Shown one piece after another: positions 21,015 through 33,800 of a stretch of DNA of 64,000 nt. The notes beneath the pieces are model-generated. The model made no database searches. It saw only the letters and a program-made list of their open reading frames with translations, and had not been told where the DNA came from. The first letter of the stretch is position 1; every line of letters starts with the position of its first letter. The position numbers and the translations under genes were made by a program. Source of the stretch: Euglena gracilis (taxonomy: Eukaryota); assembly GCA_039621445.1 (NCBI GenBank), contig CP154954.1, forward strand, positions 27,268,123-27,332,122. Reading direction: 5' to 3'.

Positions 21015-24000
21015 GCTGGGGGTCGAAAACCGCCAATTTTCGGCTCGAAAACACTTTTTCCGGGTTCAGGAAGCCAAAAAACATGCTTTTGGGCAAAAAA
21101 AATTTCGATTTTTTTCGACTTTCGAAAACGGCTACCCCCCCCCCCCCCATTGTCCCACCGACCTCGCCCGACCGGACAATAAGGGGGGGGACAACAAGGG
21201 GGTACCAAAGGAATTTCATTGGCCGAGCCAAAAAAAGCCCCCGTCAGCCGGGGCCGAGGGACAATAAGGGGGGGGACAATAAGGGGGGGGGGGTAACTCG
21301 GACAGTGGAAAAAGTGTACAAAATGGTCCAAATTGGCGGAAAATGGACAAAACTCGGGCTGGGCAGGGAGTTGCGGGGAAATCAAAATACCAGTAGATAG
21401 GGCGTTCCAAGGGCTTCAATTTAGGTCTCCGGACATTTTTTTTCAAGTCCCCACCACTTTGGAGATATTTTGTAAAAACTGGTTTTTTGGCCCGTTTTGG
21501 GCTCCAAATGGCAGAGTCCCCCTATGGCGAAACCACAAAACGACCATATCTCGGCCCAGGCGTGGAGTTGGCTCAAACCGCGCATACCGGTGGGTAGGGC
21601 GTCCCAAAGTTGTGGAATGAGGTACTCTTTACTTTTTCTCAACTCCCCAGCGTTTTCGAGATATTTTGAATTTTTCGATTTTTTTTGACCCCAAAAATAA
21701 CCCCCTTTTGCCGGTCCAACAAAAGTTCTTTGGAAAAAATAACGGTACACAACTTTTTTGCTCGGGCCAGATCTCCGGACTACCCCCGCAGGGGTCCCCG
21801 AATACCCAAAAATGGCCCAAAATCGCACAACCAGACCCCGGGAACCTCAAAAAACAGTCAACCCCCCCCCCCTAAACCTCATGATTGACCCCCTGGTTTG
21901 GGTCCCAATTCCCCGTCTAGCCCGAGATGCGGGCAAATTACGGTTTCGGGCCCCGAATGGGGCCGAAATGGCCAAAATTGGCAAAACCCCAAAACAGCCG
22001 TATCTCGGCCCAGGCGGGGCGTTGGCCCAAACCGCGCATACCGATGGATAGGGCGTCCCAAAGTTGTGGAATGAGATCCTCTTCACTTTTCCTCAACTCC
22101 GCAGTGTTTTCGAGATATTTTGAAATTTTCGATTTTTTGCCCCCAAAAATGACCCCTTTTGCCGGTCCAACAAAATTTCTTTGGGAAAAAAACGGTAGAC
22201 AACTTTTTTGCTTGGACCATATCTCCGGACTGGCGGGGAGTTAGAGGCAAAATGAGGGCTTGTTAGAAACTTGAAATCTTCTCCTAACCTACAGGCTATT
22301 AACTTTTCTGGTGAAGAAATCCAATCACATCGATAATCGCGGGGTTTCCGGACCTACCCAGCAGGGGTGTAGAAAGTGGGGGTCGGGGGGGGGGGGGCGG
22401 CGGCCGCCCCCCCCCGGGATTTTGGAAAGAAAATTTTTTTGGCAGGAGCATGATATTTTTCTTTTGCAATGCCATGATCAATGGTTCAAAGGGCGTTACC
22501 ATCTCGGCTTCCTTCGGCAGCCACCTTACCAGTTAAAATCACATTTCTGGAAAAATGAAATTGCAAAATCCATTACCGTCTCGGCCGCCCTTGGCAGCCG
22601 AAATAAAGCCCTTGAGAAAATGCTCATTTCACCTCCCTAAAACCCATGGCACTTCTTGATGTCTAATTTTGGCCACAAACCGACCCCTTTCCCCTCCTTT
22701 GATACTAATTGTTTTTTTGGGACCCCACAAACCACTTTCACCTTGGCTGTTTGAATACAACCCGATTCCCCATGAGTCCCCCCCTCCATTTTCTTGACCA
22801 GCTGAGTTTGGGGAAACTCTGCAGGTCAATTTCAATGAAAAAAACAATTTGCGCAAAGTGAAAAAAAAACGCTTCTTCGCAACCCCCCCATCCCAGGTTG
22901 CAAAGTCGAAAGTTGGGTTGAGTTGGGAGGTTTCCAAAGGGGTTCTACCCATGATTTCGCTTTCTAGTTTTTTGGGGGGCATTGGAGGCTTGTCCACTTC
23001 GGGACCCCGGACTCCCCCTCCCCCCCCCCCTGTTCAGTTCACTTCGGAAGTGCACAGGGGGGTCCTGAGACCGACCCCCCCCCTCCCGTGTACCTGAATG
23101 TGCTTGTTCACTGTTCACTTCGGGAAAAAACTGAAAACGGAACGACGGGCGAACACCGAAAAGGGCATTTTTCAAAAAAATTTTGGCGCCTTCGGCGCCG
23201 GACCCCCCCCTCCCCCCCCTCCGGGAAGTCAACATGTCCAGTTCAGTTCGGAAGTGAACAGGGGGGTCCGGGGCTCCATTGGGCTCCATTGTACTGGGTT
23301 CCATTGGGCTTCAAAGAGACGTAAGCGTCTCGGCCCCATTGTGGCCAGGAGGACAAAGAAAAATCCATTTTGGTTGTGCCAAAAAAATTTTTCGGCTCGC
23401 CCCCCCCCCCCCCCGGGAAAAAATTGTTGTTACACCTTTTGTACCCAAGGGGGCTGGGGGGGCGGGGGGGGGGGGGTCGGACCCCCCGTCGCTGGGGTGG
23501 TAAGCTTCGCTCTTACTCTAAAGAGATAAGAGCTCAGCGACCCCCCCAAATAATACCCCCCCCAAATAATAAACCCCCCCGAGGACCGACTTCGGCCCAA
23601 ATGATAAACCCCCCCTCTGGCAGGTGTGAGGGCAAAGAAAAAAAAGAGTCAAAAATTAGCAGAAATGTTGCAAAAAAATTCACAAAAATTGATCAATTTG
23701 GTGCAGAAAATATGCCAAAAAAGCACCCAATTTTCAAAAAAAAAGCCCAAAAATGTCAAAAAAGTGACCATTGGAGCCTGTGGAGGGGTTTTTGGGTTGA
23801 TTTTTGATTTCGAAATTTTTGCCCAAATAATTAACCCCCCCAAATAATAAACCCCCCCTGGAGCTCGACTTCGGGTGTCCAAAAAATAAACCGGGGGGTT
23901 CATTATTTGGGGGGGGGGTTACCTAGCCTCTAATGTCCGTCCGTGTCTGTTTATGGCCGGGGCCAACTTCGCTTCTGGCCCAGTTTGTGTGGTGAGTGGC

Positions 24001-24814
24001 CAGGGACCCCTTTCATCAGGACCCCCCCCCCCCGGGCAGTTGTGGAAAACAGGTGTTTGCTGGAGTGGATGGTGTCTAGGGGAAGTGGTCTGGCAAGCTG
24101 CCAGGCTGGGCTGAGCTGGTACCCTAATGTCAGCAAATCCAGCTGGATCGGAATTGTTCAGCCAAAAATTTGAGACAAGCCCTCAAAGAGCCTTAGAAAA
24201 TGTCATTCTTTGGTCATTTTTGTTGACCACTCCCCCTCCCCCTCATTGTCTCCCCTTCTTGCTGTCCCTTGTTGTTCCTTCCGACAAAGGGTTTTTTTTG
24301 CCAGGCCAACGAAATTCCTTTGGCATACTCTTTTTGTCACCCCCCATTTTTTTTGTTGGCTAGATGCTGGCTGGTTGGGCCTTATTCCCCCTTGTTGGAA
24401 GTTCAAGGAGGGGTGTGCCACATGGGAAATTGAACATCATGCACCCGACCCGAGTGCATTTGTCAATTGTTCTTTCCACGTGCAAACAGCTCAGCACCAA
24501 GGGGCCCCACCACCCACCCACCAGTGCAAGACCCACCCTCAAAATTACGTGCCATCTAAAGGCACTCCCCAAAAATATTGGCGCTTTGTGCCAAAACCAA
24601 CCCAGGCTGCCCGGGATCCGTGCGGGGGGAGGGGGCTGCTCCCCGATGTGTGGTGCAAATGATTGGAAACACAGTCCTCCTAAAGGGGCTGATAGCGAAC
24701 CCCCAAAACTCTTTCGCCTTTTCAATGTATGGTAGTTTACAAATTCATTTTTGTATTTCTGTATTTTTGTCTTTCGAAATTGAAATTCCTATGATAATTT
24801 TTGTATGTAATCAG

Positions 24815-27800
24815 GCTGACATTATTGTCACCACCTCAGTGAAAGGGGGTGATTGTTTTTGTTCAGCATGCAGCCGGCTTAATTTCAAGAACGAAGGAGC
24901 GCGTGTACGCCGTGTCGCTTGCAGAATGGTGTGTTTGAAAAATATATTTTTTGAATTAATGTAACCCCCCCGTTTGAAATTAAAAATCAAAAAAGGCCCC
25001 CCCAAAGCAGATTTTTACATATATCTAACTTTTGCACATTTTTGACGTTTTATTTTAGGTTGCCTACTGCCTCAAATTTGTGATCAAGCATTTTGACCCA
25101 AATATGCTGTTTTTTTGTTGTTGTTTTTTGATGAAAATTCATGCTTTTCTGCCTTGCTTTGTTTCCCTCTCTTGGGTGTGGCAGGGAGGGGGCATATTTT
25201 TGGGCAGCCGAAGTCGGGTCAAGATTATTTGGGGGTCATGCTCCCATTATGATGGAAGCAGAAGCAGTAAAAGCAGGTGATGGTGGCAGCGGTGTTTAGG
25301 CCCTGTTTTACATCTAACACTCGCAGTTTCTGGGATGTTTTGCCATAATTTTTGGTGCTTTTGCCAATAATTTTTGTACCTTTTAGAAAACATTTTTGTA
25401 CTTTTTGCCATAATTTTGGACGTTTTGCCAAAAATTTTGGAACTTTTTTGAAAATGAAGAGAGTTGTTTTGACAGAGATTTGGGATTCCCTGTTCTGGCA
25501 GTTTTGGAGCTTTTTTGCATTTTTTTTTGGGACTTCCAATTTTTTTTGTTCCCCTTTGCCTGCAGTGTGTTTTTTGGAATCCTTGTCCATCCAAACCCCA
25601 GCGAAGCTGGCAGCTCGTTCAAAACGAAGCCAAAACAGATGCTTTTTTAAAAGATTTTTCAAAAAACATGTTTTTTTTTCTTAAAGCAAAACATTCCAGC
25701 TGTGCCGGGTTGAATGCGACACATACAGCCCGTGGACCAAGAGGGTGTTATTGCCGTCTGACTGAGGATAATTTGGAGGACATCTTCTGCAGCAAAAACT
25801 GCTATTTTGATGCATACTGTCTCTGTCTGTCTGTTTGTCAGACGCATACTGTCTTTCCTGAGCCTTGCATTTTTAAACACAGGACTCAGGATGGAGGGCC
25901 CACTGGCAGAGCTAGCCAGTCAAAAATTTTTTGTACTCGTTTGCCTAAAATGCCCATTTTTGGCACAAAAGTACCCTAAAAATACATTTTCCTCGCCCCC
26001 CAATTGGCTAATTGGTCTCCGGGACAAGACGGACCAATTTTGGCAAGGCTGCAAAAGGGCTGAGAAAGCCTCCAAAAACGTCTGTTTCGACATTTTTAAT
26101 ATTTGTCAAATTAGAAAAGTCATCACGAATCCCACTATGCACAAAAAATCAACTAATTTTGCACAGGTAAAAAAATTAGGGGTGGGGGGGGTCCTCGAGC
26201 CCCCCCAATTGTTCCCCAACCCCCTAATGTCTCACCCCCCTCCACCCTTCAGGCACAAAAAAAATTGCCAGCCCAGAGAAACGGACACTTTGGGGGGTCA
26301 AATTTGCTTTCAGCACCTTCGGCGTCAAAGACAAATGACCACTTTCTTTGAGGGGGCAAATTTGGCAAAACGTTTTGGTCATTTTGGTGGGGACACTGAG
26401 AGGGGGGGGGTGAAGCATTTCCACCGAGTATGATCTGATTTACATCTGCTGTATTGCTCTAAAGAGCCGTGGGGTTACAGTGGTTTGTTCAGTGATTTGT
26501 TGGATTTAGAGTGTTTGCAAAAAAGTCCACCAAGCAAGAAAGTCCCTGCAAACAAAACCTCAAAAATTTGACAACAGTCTCAAAGATTTTGGCGAAAGGT
26601 CCCAGGCGTTTTGGCAAAAGAGCCCAAAATTATGGCAAAATATGTCAACAATTTTGGCAGGAAGTCCCAAAATTGTGAGTGTCAGGTGCATTTGAAGTGG
26701 GATTTTTTCAGGAATTATAGATTTTTCAAACTTTTCCAAAGTTTTTTTTTCTTCAAGGGGTTTAAAGTGTTGAATCATTTTTCTCAGAGACGAGAAGAAG
26801 AAGAAGTGCATTCTAGCAGAAAATAGTTCTTCAAAAATTTGCATTTTTTTGCATTTTTTCTTTTTGGATTTCTTATGAGATGTCTTGTTGCATTCCCCTT
26901 CTGTTCAGCATTTTAATTTACCATCACCCCCCCCCCCCTAAACGACTCCCCCCCCCCCTAAATGGCCCTCCGGGGTCCCGGCCCAGACAATGGAAAATTT
27001 TTCAAGAAAAAGTCTTCAAAATTGACCGATTTTTTTGAGATTTTCAGAATCGTGAGTTTTCCTTCTAGTAGAAATGTTGCCAGAGAACACAAATTTCACA
27101 AAAAAAATTCCGAAAAAAGGGTGGGGGGGTGTCCGAGACCCTTTTTTCCCAACCCCCCCCTAAGTGACCCCCCCCTAAGTGACCCTCCGGGGTCTGGGCC
27201 GGGACAAGAGGGGGGTCATTTAGGGGGGGTAATGGTATTTAAGAAGACCCCCCAAAAAAACAGAAAAGAAGAATTTTTATATTCAAAAAAGGGGTGTGGA
27301 AGCCAGTTTTGTCGTAAACCCGGCGTCCGGGCATGCCAGCTGCCTACAGTTGTCAGAACGTTGGCCCCTCGCGCCAGCTATTATTTGGCCCAGAGTTACC
27401 AAAACATTGGCACCAAAATGGTGCAAGTTTCTGCAACAGGGCACTTGGTGCCAAAGTTTTGGCCACCAAAGGACAAAATAGTGGCACGCGGTGCCTGGGT
27501 TTTGGCAACTCTGGGCCAAATTACTGGCCGCCAAGGGCCACGGTTTTGGCCACTGTGGGCCAAAACAATGGCGGTTAGCTGTAAAGCGGCGTTTCAGGGC
27601 CGTCGGGTTCAAAACCGGCGTGGCCAACCTTTGGTCAAAGGACCCCCCCAGAATCAATTTCCGACTTCTACCACTCCCACCCCCCCCCCCCCATATTGTC
27701 CCCCCCATGTTGTCCCTCGGCCCTGGCCGACGGGGGTTTTTTTTGGCTCGGCCAATGAAATTCCTTTGGTACCCCCATATTGTCCCCCCCCATATTGCCC

Positions 27801-30800
27801 GGTCGGGCCTCCCGGGGGGAGGTCAGTGGGACAATAAGGGGGGGGGTAATCTTCAATTTTACACAACTTTGCAACTCGCCAACTTCCGACGATCACGAGC
27901 GTATCTCTGTTCAAAGCTCTTTTCATCAGACCACCAGCGATGGCCAGCAAATGTAGCCACATTAAACAGAATTATTGTCTCCTGTCCCAGAGGAGTCCTG
28001 ATTGCAGAATATTTTTTGCCCCTTGGATCCCGATTCTGGTTGTTTCCGCTGGTTCTGTTGTGAACCTGGAGGCCCAAACGGTGGTTTAAATATTTTAAGG
28101 TTTAAAAGTTGCCTTAAAAAATGGACCTGGTTGTGTTGCAACAGCAGTGGCAGTGCTAACTTTTGCAACTGGTACTGCAGCTGCCTCTCATTATAACGGC
28201 GGCAACAAAACAGCAGTTGTTGTCATTAAATCACAATTGTTTGCATTTGACGTGTTTCAATGCATTCCCAAGAAGAGCCGTATTTTTTTTGAAATTGTTT
28301 GTTGCCTATGATATCTCCAGTTGCTTCTCTTTACAGAAACGTCAACTGAAACGAGGTGAATGGAACTGCCCGAAATGTCAAGCTCTCAATTTCCAGCACA
28401 GGTACCTGACTTCCAAGCACACATGCCATTCACCATTCTTATTATTCGCCCTTAAGTGCCCTTAAGCACCTGCAGTCCGGACAAAAAACGACAAGGAACA
28501 AGGATGGGAAGCCACCCGGTTTTTCCCATCATGTTTTCCGTTATTTTTTCCCCGTGTACCCTTTCTACACCCTTTTTGAGAACCCATGCTCACGGGTAGT
28601 CAACTTTCAGACACAAATGCATTGCATTTTGACATATGTTCATTTTTGGGTTTTTTTTGGAAACCACAGAAAAGACGCCCAGAAGACCAATTTGACCAGT
28701 TTGACAGAATTTTTTTTTTGAACGTTTTTCGAGGGTTTTATTAATTTTTGTGAAAAGGGAATTTTTAGAACATTAATTTAGCCAATTTTTTTATCTCATT
28801 TTAAGCTTTTTGACATCTTTCATGGAACAGCCTTATTGCACGAAACTCCATATAAATGTCTCAAATTCTGTGTCATTTTTTCCACAAAAGTCTGTCAAAA
28901 TATTTTGCGAATTCTGTCAAAAATCCAAATGATTTTTGAAAAGGTTAGAAACTCTCTCAAAAAGTTCCAACAACCTGTTCTCTGGAGTTTCATTCAAAAT
29001 GTCGATCCGTTCCAACAGCAGGGGCGTTTGCTGTATCATTTTCACATTTTTTTTGCCACCTCCCCCATGTGTCACAGCCCCCCCCCCCCCCCGGCTATCG
29101 ACCCCCTGGGTTGTTGGGCCCAACTTGAACCCCTGAAATTTGAACCCCCCCCTCCTCCATTGGGCCAAACCTGGCCCCTAGGAAAAAAATTCCTGGGTCC
29201 AAGAATGTACACGGGGAATGATTTCCGTGTAGAGATGCCTGACGAATTGGTTGGGAGACATCGAAAACACACATTTCCCAAAATGTTGTCCAATGTTGAT
29301 AGGATGTCTCGGAAATTCATCCAGTTATGTGGCACATGAGTTCAAGTATAGGGAAAGTGACCTCCCTGGGCCAATGGGCATGACTTGAACTCCCTTGAAG
29401 GTGACCCCCTCCTCTGTTGGGCCCAACCCAGGTCAAAACCCCTGGGGGGCACCAAAAGTTCCTAGACAGTTTGACAGTTTGAGTCGATGGTTTGAAAACC
29501 CAGCCCATCGCTTCGCAATGGGGCGAAATCATCGCATTCAGGGGTTTGAGAAGGGTCTGGGCCATGCCATTGCTTAAAGTGAGTCCGACCCCCACCTACC
29601 CCCACCCGGGAGGTGGGGGTCGGTCACTTCGGCCATTTGGGCCAGAATAGCTTAAAATCCATGGATTTTGGCCCCCCAAAAAACCCGCAATTTTTTTTCT
29701 GGCTCCTTTTGCCCCGGGTGGCCACTTTCTGCCATTCCTGGCTGACCCACCTCGGGGGTCTGGGGCCAAAAACCGGTCAGTCACCTGGGGGGGGGGTGAC
29801 TGTTTGAAAGTGGAAATTGACCGGATTGACTGGTTTTTGAAAGTGGAAAGTGGTTTTGGTGTTGCTGGGAAACAAAGGAGAAGGCCTCCGGTCTTAGAAC
29901 ATTAGTGGACCCCCAATCCCCCAATCCGGCGCACCGGGCCCGACCCCGGCCACCAAAGACCCCTCTTCGTGGCCAATGCCAAGGCCTCAGCCGCCCGGTG
30001 CTGTGCCAGGTGCGGGGAAATCAAAATACTGTTAAATAGGGCATTTTAAGGGCTTCAATTTAGGTCTCCGGACATTTCCTTTGATTTTGCTTCATTTCCG
30101 AGATATTTTGGAAACATCGAATTTTTGACCCCCCCCAAAAAACAGTCCAAAATGGCCCAGAAAAGGGCCAAAATTGGCCGAAAATGGCCTAACTCGGGTT
30201 GCATAAAGGGTTGGGGGAAAAGTAAACCATGGTTGGATAGGGCGTTCCAAGGGCTTTATTTTTGCTCTCCTGACTTTTCTTTTGATTTTGCTTCTTTGTG
30301 GATATATTTTGAAAATTCCTTTTTTTTTGGCCCAAAAACGGCCCAAAAAAACACCCCAAAATGGCCGCAAAAGCGCACTGGAACACGCACCAGGCATGTG
30401 GGCGGCCAAAACGGCGAACGGGGGGTGATAGAGGGCCTCCGGGGGTGCATTTCATCAGACCGATGTTTCCGGAGAAAATGTGCATTTTCTCAAGATATTT
30501 TTGAAAAATCAATTTTTTATCAATTTTTTGGACACGACGAAATGGCAGAGTCGGAAGGGGGGGCGGGCCAATCCTACCCAGTTTGAACCCCTTTGCGGGT
30601 GAAGAACTCAGGCCTGGCGGTGAGTTAGGGGTCAAACAGAGGTGATTCGGAAACTAGAAATCCAGTCGCTCACGACTGAAAAATAAATGATTACGAGAAG
30701 CGGGCCGGGATCATCATGATAATCCGCCGGTTCTCCTGGTGGCCCCGACCCACCCCGCTTCCCTGGAGGTAAGCTTCGCTAAGAGCTCAGCGACCCCCCA

Positions 30801-33800
30801 CATATACCCCCCCCCTTCGGCTGACCAACCAAACAGGATCCTATAAACCCCGAGGGGTTTATAAGTGGGGGGGGTTAATTCCAACCTCCAAAAAAATGCT
30901 CAAAAAATAAGCCTCAAACAAACTCATAACTGCAGACAAAACTTGAAAATGTTTGCTTAAACTGAGATTGGCCAAACCCGACAGTCCCTTCCCCTTGACA
31001 TCTGTGGCAACCCAAAGAAACACAGATATGGGGTCATATGTCTTGGAAACCCAGGAACATTGTTTTTTCAAACCTCATATTTGCAGCCAGGGGATTTCTT
31101 AAGCCGGAGGGTACCCTACCCCCCAGGGGGGGTCCAGCCAGCCAGCCAGCTCAAATCCAGCAGCAGCCCAAATTCGGACTGGGAGCCCCCTCCCCCCCCC
31201 CCCGGGGGTCGAGTGAAATAAAGTCGGGTCCAGCCGGCCGGAGGCCGGGCCAGCCGGCCGCAGGCTGGCCAACCAACTGGGCTGCCCAGGTCACCTATCC
31301 CTGCATTTTCCCCTATCCCTGCATTTTCCCCTCATCGCAGCTTCCTCCATCACAGCCCCCCAGCCTTGATCTAGCTCCATTCACCAACATGTCGAAAATG
31401 GCAGAGAAAATTAGAAAATTTTGTTTTTCACCGGCCTGGCCAGCCCAGCCCCCTCCAGCCCCGGACCCCCCCGGGGGGTCCAGCTAGCCAGCTCAAATCC
31501 AGTCAGCAGCCTTTTTGCCAGCCGGAGGCTGGACCCCCCCGGGGGGGGGGGGGGCTTAAAAATTGTTTGCAGCAAAATTTGACTCGCATTTGTAATGGAG
31601 ATTGGACATTTGGTCCTTTGGACGCCCCTCCTCCCCCGGTTGGACATATAGGCAGGTGGGAGGTTGGGCCCCTCTGGTGAAAGAAAGGGGATTCACTACC
31701 CCACCAAAGCAGTGGCGCAGCCACAGCGGGCAATTTGGCTGGGTGCAAACCTTGACGGCCGTGAAGCAAATGTGCATTTTGCCAAAGAAACCCCAAACAG
31801 TCCGCGGTCTAGGGACTGGCGGTGCTTGAAAAAACCAACCCGGAATGGCATGCTTACATGCCGCGAAACTGGCACACAATTTTGGCCCCCAATTGCGCGC
31901 AAAAGCGCTTGATGTGAGGTTTGGGCGTCTCCAGTGTGGCGTGTGCCTCGTTGCCTGGGCACCAGAATAAACGGCAGCACTGAGAGGACCAACAATGTCA
32001 CGCAGTCATCACTGCTCACCCCCCCAGTGGTTGGGGGCAACAAGTCCGCCGCCGAAAAACTGCAGCCACACACAGCAGGTGGCAAGAATGCAAGCCCGTG
32101 TTGGAGACCGCGAGCCAGAGGGAACAACACTCAGCACCGAACCGCGCGCACCTGCGCCTGTGGACATGCACACTCCATTTGCACGCGTTTGTGAGCTGGA
32201 TGAGGGACCCTGTGGCCTAAGAAAACCCAGGCAGAGACATGATGCTTGTATGTGCGTGCGTCAGACACCCAAACTTTTTTTTGTATGGGACGACTCCCAT
32301 TTCGAAGCCTCTGCCAACAAACATGACGCAGGGAGGCCCCCATTGTCCCCTAACTCCCCGCCTGGCCTGAAATATGGCCAATTTACGGCCCAAAACAGCA
32401 CGGCAGGCTTGCGCCTTAGCCGTTTTCGGCCGCTTTTTGGGGTCAAAAAATCAATTTTCCAAAAAAATGCTGAAAAATGGTGGGGAATCAAAGGAAACGT
32501 CCGGAGACCCAACTGAAGCCCTTAAAATGCCCTGTACAGCATTTTGATTTCCCCGCAACTCCCCGCCTGGCCTGAGTTTTACGGTCATTTTTCGGCCAGT
32601 TTTGGCCACTTTGTTGTTTTGACTTAGCCATTTTCGGGCATTCTGGTCAAAAAAGTCAAAATAATCGAATTTTTTTAGCCCAAAACGATGTTTTTTTGGC
32701 CTCCCGGTCCCGGAAAACCTTTTTTTGAACCCTAAATGAGCGGTTTTTTTTTCCACCCGCCAACACGGGTTTCGGGCCCAAAACGAGGCACCAGCGGGGC
32801 GAAAAACGCTCATTTTCAGCTCAGAAACAGGTTTTCCGGGTCAGGAGACCAAAAAAACATTGTTTCATACAAAAAAAATTTCGATTTTTTTCGATTTTTT
32901 TGACCCGTTTTTGACCAGAAGTTGGTGGCCTAAAACGGGGTGGAGTTTAGGTCAAACAGGTCAAAAAGGCTGAAAAAAAAATCCAACAAAACGGGTATGG
33001 GGTGTATGGTGGGGTTAACATTTCATTTGCATTTCAGAATTTGCTGTAACATCACTGAATGGACGAAAATGTCATTTTTGATGATGTTTGGTCTCAAAAA
33101 ATTGCCGAAAAATCAGTTTTTGGGTGGTTTGCGGCCGAAAAAATCGTCCCCGGCAGCTTTTCATTTTTCTTCCTGGGGGGGGGGGTTATAAGTTCCAGTT
33201 TAGTTGGTCGGCCCGAGGTTTGACCCAGGAACAAACTGCAAAAAAGCATTCCAAAAACAGCAAAAAATGAAGAATTATTTTCTTTACCCGGAATTTGAGG
33301 GACCCATTTTGTCCATTTTTGGCCCATTTTTGGATTTCAAAAAAACTGTTGGCTTCCAGAGGCCCCCCAGAGGGCAGATGGACAGGAATTAAAATTTGTT
33401 GATGGGGGGCCAAGGCTGGAAAAAGGCTGTTTTGGCTGGCTCCCCTCTGGCCAGGGGCACCATTTTGATGCATTGATGAAAGCTCTATGTCCTTATTTTC
33501 AAGGGGTTTTATTGGTGGGGGGGTTTATAAGTGGGGGTTAAATCCACAGTGGGGTCGGGGGGGGGGTGGAGAAAATGCCCTCAAATGGTCTTTTTTTTGT
33601 CGTTGATTCCAGTTTCATTTGCAGTTTTGCAGCAACATTTTGTTGTAACGTTTCTCATCTCGCAGTTATTTTAAGGTATCAACCTGGAACATGTGTTTTA
33701 TAATTTCAGTTTTTGTTGTTTAATTGCTCCAAACAGAACCAGAAGAAACATCGAAGAAACATTCATTGGCAGCATGGTTTTGGTCAACAATTTTCTTTGC

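Noticed and set aside
24364-24724. Additional 5' exon(s) of the RanBP2-finger gene
   Set aside because: A plausible GT donor exists at 24727, but no acceptor or start could be fixed.
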